From NCBI GenBank assembly GCA_016930515.1, contig JAFGGO010000061.1, positions 32,001-96,000 of the forward strand: DNA of 64,000 bases, in the 5' to 3' direction. Below, piece after piece: positions 56,780 to 64,000 of this stretch. A program made the translations under genes and the position numbers. The number at the start of each line of letters is the position of its first letter. The first letter of the stretch is position 1. The notes under the pieces were generated by a model. That model was not told the DNA's origin. It did no database searches and was given only the letters and a program-made list of their open reading frames with translations. The DNA comes from Promethearchaeota archaeon (lineage in GTDB: Archaea > Asgardarchaeota > Lokiarchaeia > Sigyniarchaeales > SOKP01).

Positions 56780-58090
56780 TTGGCAAAAATTTCAAAGAGT
56801 GCCTTAGTAATTGGCGGAGGAATAGCAGGTATCCAGGCAGCCTTGGACCTAGCCGATATGGGAATACATGTTGATATGGTGGAGAAAAAACCTTGTATAG
56901 GTGGACGCATGGCTCAATTAGATAAAACTTTTCCCACGAACGACTGTTCCATCTGTATTTTAGCTCCGAAGCTATCAGAATGTTTCCGCCATCCAAATAT
57001 AAAAATATACTCGTTTTCGGATATTCAAAAAGTTAAAGGCTCTCAAGGTAATTTTAAGGTTGATATTTTAAAGCGAGCGCGTTACGTAAAAGAAGATGAG
57101 TGTATTAATTGTGGTCTGTGCGCTGAAAAGTGTCCCATGAGGGTTGATGATGAGTTCGATCGACAATTAAGAAAACGTAAAGCAATCTATATGTATTATC
57201 TACAAGGCGTTCCCGCAGTTATGACTATCGATGAGGATAAATGCCTATATTTGACGAAAAACGCATGCAGGATATGCGAAAAAAATTGTGATCGAAACGC
57301 AATTGATTTCGAACAAAGGGATGAAGAAATAAAATTAAAAGATGTTGGTTCTATCGTGGTTGCTACTGGGTACAGTCTCATCGAAGATTTTCAAAACGAT
57401 GCGTTAAAAAATTATGGTTACAAAAAATTGAGAAATGTTGTTACAGCAATGGAATTCGAACGCATGATGTGTGCCTCGGGACCCCAAGAAGGGCACATCA
57501 AGAGATTTTCTGATGGAAAAACCCCGAAAAAGATTGCTTTCTTGCAATGTATTGGGTCCCGGAGCGAAAATAGCAAAAAATATTGTTCATCAATATGTTG
57601 CATGTATACGACTAAAGAAGCGATGATAGCTCACGAACACGATAATGAGCTTGAATCTTATATTTTCTATATTGATATGAGAGCTGGAGGGAAGGGTTTT
57701 CAATCATTTTTAAAGAGAGGCGCCGAGGAATATAATATAAAATATATTAAAAGCAAAGTTTCAGAAGTCACGATCGATAATTCAGAAAACCCACAGATCG
57801 TGTATGAAGACCTCGAAGAATCAAAGATCAAGAAAATGGGTGTGGATTTAGTAGTTCTGGCCACATGTATGGTTCCTCCCCGAGGAATCGAGGACTTGGC
57901 AGACACTTTAAAAATCGAATTAAATGATTATCATTTCATTAAAACGAAACCATTTTATCCCGTCGAAACGAGTAGGGAAGGTATTTTTACTTGTGGATGT
58001 GCTCACGAGCCCATGGACATCCCCCGTTCTGTTTCTGAAGCAAGTGGTGCTGCAGCGCGGGCGGCAGAAATTATACGAGGTGCAGATTAA
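56780..58090 (+). CDS. hdrA: Heterodisulfide reductase subunit A-like (first module)
   Basis: GGGIAG, KTFPTNDCSICI, ferredoxin insert, QCIGSR, YCSSICC. Confidence 0.93.
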   Translation: MAKISKSALVIGGGIAGIQAALDLADMGIHVDMVEKKPCIGGRMAQLDKTFPTNDCSICILAPKLSECFRHPNIKIYSFSDIQKVKGSQGNFKVDILKRARYVKEDECINCGLCAEKCPMRVDDEFDRQLRKRKAIYMYYLQGVPAVMTIDEDKCLYLTKNACRICEKNCDRNAIDFEQRDEEIKLKDVGSIVVATGYSLIEDFQNDALKNYGYKKLRNVVTAMEFERMMCASGPQEGHIKRFSDGKTPKKIAFLQCIGSRSENSKKYCSSICCMYTTKEAMIAHEHDNELESYIFYIDMRAGGKGFQSFLKRGAEEYNIKYIKSKVSEVTIDNSENPQIVYEDLEESKIKKMGVDLVVLATCMVPPRGIEDLADTLKIELNDYHFIKTKPFYPVETSREGIFTCGCAHEPMDIPRSVSEASGAAARAAEIIRGAD

Positions 58091-59784
58091 TGGAAGTTAA
58101 AAAAAATGATGAGAATCCAAGAATAGGTGTTTTTATTTGTCATTGTGGTTCGAATATAGGTGGATTGATCGACTGTGTTGGGTTAGCAAAATACGCAGAA
58201 GGACTACCCAACGTTGTTCATAGCGAGGATAACTTATATACATGCTCTGAAAACGGATTAAACGCCATTAAAAAAGCCATTCGAGAGGATAGTCTCAATC
58301 GAGTAGTTGTAGCATCTTGTACTCCGAGAACACACGAACCACTCTTTCGAGAGTGTATTTCAGAAGAAGGATTGAATGAATATTTATTTAATTTCGTAAA
58401 TATTCGCGATCAATGCACTTGGGTTCATATGAAGCAACCAAAAGAAGCATTTGAAAAAGCTAAAGATCTAGTTAAGATGGGTGTCGCAAAAGCGAGTAAG
58501 CTAGAAGCTCTCGATAAAGTTAATGTGAAGATTAATCCTGCAGTCTTAATTATTGGTGGAGGCATAGCAGGTATGAGTGCTGCTTTAAACTTGAGCAATC
58601 AAGGATTCAAAACCTTTATACTTGAAAAAGAGGCACAATTAGGAGGGAGATTAAGATATCTGCATAAGTTATTTCCACATGGAATGGATGCGTCCGAACT
58701 ACTTGAAAATATTTACGATAAAATAAAAAATTCTCCAAATTTAACCATTTTTACGTCTTCAAGCATGAAAGATGTTGAAGGTTTTGTCGGAAATTATGAT
58801 GTTGACATTCAACACGACGGAATTATTGAATCCATTACAGTTGGAGCCATAATTGTTACTGTTGGAGCGTCTTTGTTTGTTCCAAAGAACATATATGGTT
58901 ATGATGGGAAAATAAGAATAACCCAACAAGAATTAGAGCAAAAATGGATCAAGAAAGACCTTGAAGCAAAAAATATAGTAATGATACAGTGTGTTGGTTC
59001 TAGGTCCGAGGAGAGAGTCTATTGTTCTAGCGTGTGCTGTCCAACTGCCTTGAAAAACGCAATATTATTAAAAGAGGACGATCCAATTAGAAATGTTACT
59101 ATTTTGTTCAGGGATATATATTCGCCTGGAATGGCTTATGAACAAATCTATAGAAAAGCCAGGGAATTAGGTGTAATTTTTATTAGATATTCCTCTGAAA
59201 GGCCCCCTCAAGTAGAAGAAACACATATAGAGGTCTATAATGAATTTATAGGAGAGACCATTATCATTCCGTACGATCTTCTCGTCTTATCTACGCCACT
59301 TATTGCGAATGAGGATAACAAACAACTCGCCCAGCTATTAAAAGTGCCTTTAGAATCCAACAAATTCTTCTTGGAAGCTCACGTGAAATTAAGGCCGAAC
59401 GATTTTGCAACGGACGGCGTGTTTATAGGAGGCGCGGCAAAGTGGCCGGTCGATGTTACAGAAGCAATAACCCAAGGATACGCAGCTGCTTCAAGAGCGA
59501 GCACGATCTTATCACACGATACGATTCAGGTAGAAGGCGCCACTTCAGATATACCTGAGTGGAACAAAAACCTGTGCACGGGATGCGAAGTCTGCATAAA
59601 AGTATGTCCTTATAAAGCAATTATAAAAAATGAAAACGACGAAATAGAAATAATACGAGCCGTGTGTAAGGGATGTGGAGTGTGCGGTGCGACTTGTTCT
59701 AAACATGCCATTGAAATCAAACATTTTACTGACGAGCAAATATTATCAGAAATCTATGCATATGGAGGGAAAGAAGCATGGTGA
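58090..59784 (+). CDS. hdrA: Heterodisulfide reductase subunit A-like (second module)
   Basis: RIGVFICHCG, ASCTPRTHE, NIRDQC, GGGIAG, QCVGSR, C-terminal 2x[4Fe-4S]. Confidence 0.93.
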   Translation: MEVKKNDENPRIGVFICHCGSNIGGLIDCVGLAKYAEGLPNVVHSEDNLYTCSENGLNAIKKAIREDSLNRVVVASCTPRTHEPLFRECISEEGLNEYLFNFVNIRDQCTWVHMKQPKEAFEKAKDLVKMGVAKASKLEALDKVNVKINPAVLIIGGGIAGMSAALNLSNQGFKTFILEKEAQLGGRLRYLHKLFPHGMDASELLENIYDKIKNSPNLTIFTSSSMKDVEGFVGNYDVDIQHDGIIESITVGAIIVTVGASLFVPKNIYGYDGKIRITQQELEQKWIKKDLEAKNIVMIQCVGSRSEERVYCSSVCCPTALKNAILLKEDDPIRNVTILFRDIYSPGMAYEQIYRKARELGVIFIRYSSERPPQVEETHIEVYNEFIGETIIIPYDLLVLSTPLIANEDNKQLAQLLKVPLESNKFFLEAHVKLRPNDFATDGVFIGGAAKWPVDVTEAITQGYAAASRASTILSHDTIQVEGATSDIPEWNKNLCTGCEVCIKVCPYKAIIKNENDEIEIIRAVCKGCGVCGATCSKHAIEIKHFTDEQILSEIYAYGGKEAW

Positions 59785-60542
59785 ATTTTGAACCTCGAAT
59801 TTTGGGATTTTTATGTAATTGGTGCTCCTATGCTGGTGCTGACCTTGCTGGAGTTAGTAGGATTCAATATCCACCTAACATGCGAGTTATAAGAGTCATG
59901 TGCAGTGGCCGTGTCGATCCAAAGTTCATTTTTGAAGGGCTTTTACAGGGTCTTGATGGCATTTTTATAATGGGATGTCACATCGGCGATTGCCATTATC
60001 TGGAAGGAAACTACGAAGCAGAAAAAAAATTCCATATGGTAAAAAAATTTTTAGAATTCATTGGAATGCAAAATAGGGTAAGGTTGGATTGGGTTTCTGC
60101 CTCAGAAGGAGCAAGATTTGGAGAATTAGTTCTTGAGTTTGTTAATCACATAAAAAGTTTAGGACCATCCCCCTTGAGTGGAGTAGATAAAGATAAAAGC
60201 TTAGAATTCAAATTAAAAGCGATTGAAAGGGCGGCAGGAACGAGTAGGATTCGTGCATTGGTTGGAAGGGAAAGAAAAATAACTGAATTCGAAAATGTTT
60301 ACGGAGAAAAATATCCAATGGACAAATTTGAGGGTTTATTTAACGAAGCCATTCGAGACGAATTTATTCGAGCAAGTATATTACTTTTCCTTGAAAAAGA
60401 GCCCCAGTCGATTAAAAATTTGGCATTGCAACTTAATATTGATTCGAGTGAAGTACTCGAAAATATTGTGGTCTTAAAAGGGCGAGCCCAAGTAGATATG
60501 AGTGAAATAGAGGGAATTTCCCCAATATATATAAGAACTTGA
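59778..60542 (+). CDS. mvhD: MvhD-family 2Fe-2S protein with C-terminal extension
   Basis: FLCNWCSYAGAD, MCSGRVD, GCHIGDCHY, SASEG, plus about 120 extra aa. Confidence 0.92.
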   Translation: MVNFEPRILGFLCNWCSYAGADLAGVSRIQYPPNMRVIRVMCSGRVDPKFIFEGLLQGLDGIFIMGCHIGDCHYLEGNYEAEKKFHMVKKFLEFIGMQNRVRLDWVSASEGARFGELVLEFVNHIKSLGPSPLSGVDKDKSLEFKLKAIERAAGTSRIRALVGRERKITEFENVYGEKYPMDKFEGLFNEAIRDEFIRASILLFLEKEPQSIKNLALQLNIDSSEVLENIVVLKGRAQVDMSEIEGISPIYIRT

Positions 60543-60554
60543 GAGGATTAAACT

Positions 60555-63500
60555 ATGGATAAAATTGGAGCTGTTTTAATTGTTGGCGCAGGCATAGGAG
60601 GCTCCCAAGCATCGTTAGATTTGGCAGATGCGGGATATAAAGTGTATTTATTGGAGTCCAGTACGAGCATTGGAGGTGTTATGGCGCAATTGGATAAGAC
60701 ATTCCCTACGAACGATTGTGCAATGTGCATTGTCAGTCCTAAACTTGTTGAAACTGGGCGCCATCAAAATATCGATCTTTTCATAAATGCAAGGGTTTTA
60801 GAAGTTCAAGGAGATTTGGGAAATTTTAAAGTGAAAATATTGAAAAAATCGTTATATGTTAATATGGATAAGTGTACTGGATGTGGAGTATGTGGAAGGG
60901 AGTGTCCCGTCGAAGCTATAGATTTGTTTAACGAGGGACTAGCAAAATACAGTGCCACATCGGTAAAATATCCCCAAGCAGTTCCACTCGTGTATGCAAT
61001 AAACAAGGATTATTGCATTGGTTGTGGAATTTGCCTAGGCGTTTGCAAGGCAAAAGCAGTGGAATACGATTTGAAGGACCAAGAACTTGAATTAAATGTG
61101 GGGGCCATCATTTTGGCAGCAGGATTTGATGAATTTATCCCTTCAGAATCCAACATATATGGTTATGGAAAATTCAAGAATGTTGTTACCAGTATCGAAT
61201 TTGAGCGAATATTAAGCGCAAGTGGCCCGTTTGCTGGTAAAATTTTGCGCCCTTCCGATGGAGATATACCTGAAAAGGTAGCTTTCCTTCAATGTGTTGG
61301 ATCCCGAGATAATCGAGATGGTCAACCATATTGTTCCTCTGTATGTTGCATGTATACAGCAAAAGAAGCAGTAATTGCGAAAGAACATATGGATCAAGTT
61401 AATCCCACGATATTTACTATGGACATCAGAGCTTATGGAAAAGACTTTGATAAATATATCGATCGGGCCCAAAAAGAATATGGTGTGAGGTATGTCCGAA
61501 GCAGAATTTCTCACTTGGAAGAAAATCCTGACACAAAAGATCTCGTTCTTATATATGAGGCAGAGAATGGAAGGATCGTAAAAGAGAATTTCAATCTGGT
61601 GGTGCTTTCCGTGGGTTTGAATCCACCTAAAGACGCTAAAGATCTTGGAAGGATTTTCGGAGTTGAATTGAACGATTATAATTTCGTTAAAACAGATGTT
61701 TTTAATCCCGTTCAGACATCTCGACCGGGAATTTTTGCTTGTGGCGCGTTTACGTCACCTAAAGACATTCCAGAAACCGTCACACAGGCGAGCGCTGCAG
61801 CGGGTTGCGTAAACCAACTTCTCTACAATCAAAGGGGAACTTTAATCACGGAAAAAACCCTTCCTCCAGAAATTTTTGTTGCTGGCCAACCACCTAGAAT
61901 AGGCGCGTTTATTTGCCATTGCGGTATAAACATTGGAGGATATGTAGATGTACCCGAAGTGACGAGGTATGTGGGAACATTACCAAATGTAGTTTTAGCA
62001 GATAGAAACTTGTATACTTGTTCAGCAGACACCCAAACTATCATTAAGGATAAGATTAAGGAATATAACCTTAATCGAGTAATAGTAGCATCTTGTACTC
62101 CAAGAACTCACGAGCCTTTGTTTCAAGAAACTATTCGAGAGGCTGGTTTAAACAGATACTTGTTTCAAATGGCAAACATCAGGGATCAATGTTCTTGGGT
62201 ACACATGCACGAGCCAGAAAAAGCAACTCAAAAAGCAAAGGACTTAGTGCGGATGGCCGTAAATAAAGCACGAGAAATCCAACCTCTAGAAAGAATTAAA
62301 TTGGGCGTAACACCAAAAGCCCTTGTTATTGGTGGTGGTATTAGTGGCATGGTCGCAGCACTTAATTTTGCAACTCAAGAATTTGAAACATTTCTCGTTG
62401 AAAAAGAACGCACTCTTGGAGGACACGCTACTCACATTTATGATACTCTTGAAGGAGGAAATGTTCAAGTGTATCTTAAAGATCTTATTAATAAAGTCAA
62501 TACTAATGAGTTCATCAATGTTTATACAAGCTCGGAAATAGAAAACATTGATGGATATATTGGAAATTTCAAAACGACGATAAAAAGTGGAATAAATAGA
62601 GAACAAATGGAATTCGAACATGGCGTTGTGGTTGTTGCAACGGGAGCTGCCGAATACGAACCGATTGAGTTTTTTTATGGGCAGGATGATAGAATCCTCA
62701 AGCAATCTGAATACGAAAAAATTATTAATACTGAACCAGAGATCTTGAATGATAAAAAAACAATCGTCATGATCCAATGTGTTGGTTCTAGAAACGAGGA
62801 ACATCCTTATTGCAGCAAGATGTGTTGCGCTGAAGCTATAAAAAATGCGATTAAGACCAAGAAATTAAGTCCATCAACGGAAATAATCGTTTTATATCGC
62901 GACATCCGCACATATGGGTTTAAAGAATTATATTACAGAAAAGCAAGAAAAATGGGAATCATTTTCATTCGATTTGATCCAGACAGGCCTCCAGAAGCAG
63001 TCATTGAGGGTTCAGACTTAAAAGTATCTGTTGAAAATCCGAAATTAGGAAGTCTTGTTCTATCTCCTGATTTTCTCGTCCTCAGTGCGGGCATTGTTCC
63101 CAAGACCAAAGAAAACGAGGAACTTGCGAAGATGCTTAAAGTTCCATTAAACGACGATAAATTCTATTTAGAGGCCCATGTGAAGCTTCGACCTGTTGAT
63201 TTCGCAACAGAGGGCATTTTCGTTGCAGGTATTGCCCATTGCCCCAAGCCTATCGAGGATTCTATCTCTCAAGCCAACGCCACAGTCTCAAGAGCGTGTA
63301 CCATCCTATCAAAAGAGGAAATCGAGGTTGAAGGAAAGGTCGCCAGCATCGATCCTTCCCGCTGTAGCGGATGTGGCATGTGCGTGGAGAATTGTGCCTA
63401 TAATGCCATTGAGTTATTAATTGATCGGAGGTACGGATTGATAGCTTCTATTAATCAGGCTCTCTGCAAGGGTTGCGGAGCCTGCTCAGGAAACTGCAGG

Positions 63501-63572
63501 TGTTCTGCAATCGATATATTGGGGTTTACTGGAGAACAAATATTTGAAATGATAACGGGGAGGATTGGTTAA
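60555..63572 (+). CDS. hdrA: Large two-module HdrA-like flavoprotein
   Basis: Two FAD-binding GxG motifs, KTFPTNDCAMC, internal RIGAFICHCG, terminal ferredoxin. Confidence 0.94.
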   Translation: MDKIGAVLIVGAGIGGSQASLDLADAGYKVYLLESSTSIGGVMAQLDKTFPTNDCAMCIVSPKLVETGRHQNIDLFINARVLEVQGDLGNFKVKILKKSLYVNMDKCTGCGVCGRECPVEAIDLFNEGLAKYSATSVKYPQAVPLVYAINKDYCIGCGICLGVCKAKAVEYDLKDQELELNVGAIILAAGFDEFIPSESNIYGYGKFKNVVTSIEFERILSASGPFAGKILRPSDGDIPEKVAFLQCVGSRDNRDGQPYCSSVCCMYTAKEAVIAKEHMDQVNPTIFTMDIRAYGKDFDKYIDRAQKEYGVRYVRSRISHLEENPDTKDLVLIYEAENGRIVKENFNLVVLSVGLNPPKDAKDLGRIFGVELNDYNFVKTDVFNPVQTSRPGIFACGAFTSPKDIPETVTQASAAAGCVNQLLYNQRGTLITEKTLPPEIFVAGQPPRIGAFICHCGINIGGYVDVPEVTRYVGTLPNVVLADRNLYTCSADTQTIIKDKIKEYNLNRVIVASCTPRTHEPLFQETIREAGLNRYLFQMANIRDQCSWVHMHEPEKATQKAKDLVRMAVNKAREIQPLERIKLGVTPKALVIGGGISGMVAALNFATQEFETFLVEKERTLGGHATHIYDTLEGGNVQVYLKDLINKVNTNEFINVYTSSEIENIDGYIGNFKTTIKSGINREQMEFEHGVVVVATGAAEYEPIEFFYGQDDRILKQSEYEKIINTEPEILNDKKTIVMIQCVGSRNEEHPYCSKMCCAEAIKNAIKTKKLSPSTEIIVLYRDIRTYGFKELYYRKARKMGIIFIRFDPDRPPEAVIEGSDLKVSVENPKLGSLVLSPDFLVLSAGIVPKTKENEELAKMLKVPLNDDKFYLEAHVKLRPVDFATEGIFVAGIAHCPKPIEDSISQANATVSRACTILSKEEIEVEGKVASIDPSRCSGCGMCVENCAYNAIELLIDRRYGLIASINQALCKGCGACSGNCRCSAIDILGFTGEQIFEMITGRIG

Positions 63573-64000
63573 ATGACGGAATCGGTTATTGAAAAAAAAG
63601 TGAAAAAAAAAGAGTGGACGCCAAAAATAATAGCTTTTTTATGCAATTGGTGTTCATATGCGGGTGCTGATCTTGCTGGAGTGAGTAGGATTCAGTATCC
63701 CCCCACTATCAGGGTTGTGAGAGTCCCATGCTCAGGTAGAATTAATCCCTTTTTTATTATTAAGAGTTTAATGGATGGATGGGATGGTGTAGTAGTTTCT
63801 GGCTGCCATCCAGGAGATTGCCATTATATTAGCGGCAATCTCGTCGCAAGGAGGAGATTTGCCATCTTAAAAGAACTCCTAGATTTTTTTGGAATCCACC
63901 CCGATAGGGTGCATTTTATGTGGGCTTCTGCCGCTGAAGGAGAACGTTTTGCTACCTTGATCAAGAAAGCCACAAATTTAGTCAAGAAGATAGGTCCGAA
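63573..64000 (+). CDS. mvhD: Second MvhD/FlxD-family 2Fe-2S protein (runs off the window; not in ORF track)
   Basis: MTESVIEKK...IAFLCNWCSYAGAD...PCSGRINP...GCHPGDCHY...SAAEG. Confidence 0.92.
   Translation, partial: MTESVIEKKVKKKEWTPKIIAFLCNWCSYAGADLAGVSRIQYPPTIRVVRVPCSGRINPFFIIKSLMDGWDGVVVSGCHPGDCHYISGNLVARRRFAILKELLDFFGIHPDRVHFMWASAAEGERFATLIKKATNLVKKIGP

Noticed and set aside
58077-58092. Programmed frameshift joining the two hdrA modules
   Set aside because: No slippery run; the TAATG overlap with an SD-like GAGGTG fits translational coupling
377-63420. Many 60-170 aa ORFs antisense or out of frame within long genes (for example 16665-17153, 38348-38803, 62286-62804)
   Set aside because: Shadow ORFs of well-supported genes
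55354-64000. Selenocysteine (UGA) recoding in hdrA/mvhD, known from some Lokiarchaeia
   Set aside because: All ORFs are continuous with Cys at the relevant motifs; TGA occurs only as normal stops, and no convincing SECIS was seen
1-64000. tRNA, rRNA, transposases, integrases, provirus
   Set aside because: No cloverleaf, rRNA-like GC-rich tract or recombinase motif was recognised by eye; a tRNAscan-SE/Infernal run would be needed to exclude small RNAs

Overview
AT-rich archaeal chromosomal segment, most likely from a Lokiarchaeia-type Asgard archaeon. This is inferred from archaeal information genes (rpoD/Rpo3, rpl18e, rpl13, rps9, aEF-1beta, SmAP, RIO2, TrmI) found together with a Rag-like GTPase-roadblock fusion, a Rab-like GTPase and bacterial-type MutS/MutL. 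Housekeeping and metabolic content: hisI (partial), trpS, glyA, aroA, aroC, a RACo-type corrinoid activator, iorAB and a large hdrC-hdrB-hdrA-hdrA-mvhD-hdrA-mvhD cluster that runs off the right end. No rRNA, tRNA, CRISPR array or transposase was recognised. The best candidate for an undescribed system is a circularly permuted ATP-grasp amide ligase overlapping an M14-like zinc carboxypeptidase (20907-23523), downstream of a GNAT and a Clp1-family kinase; it looks like a peptide or glutamyl tag writer/eraser pair. Other notable items: a divergent Dcm plus mismatch-glycosylase pair with no restriction enzyme, a PlsY-like acyltransferase fused to a SEC59/DGK1-type kinase, a lipase-fold protein lacking its catalytic Ser, tandem Cys8 mini-proteins, a probable ATT-initiated gene, a KD-repeat protein, two pseudogenes and one small gene missed or fragmented by the ORF track, and GATC clusters in intergenic DNA. 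All family calls come from recognising motifs by eye; no database searches were run.
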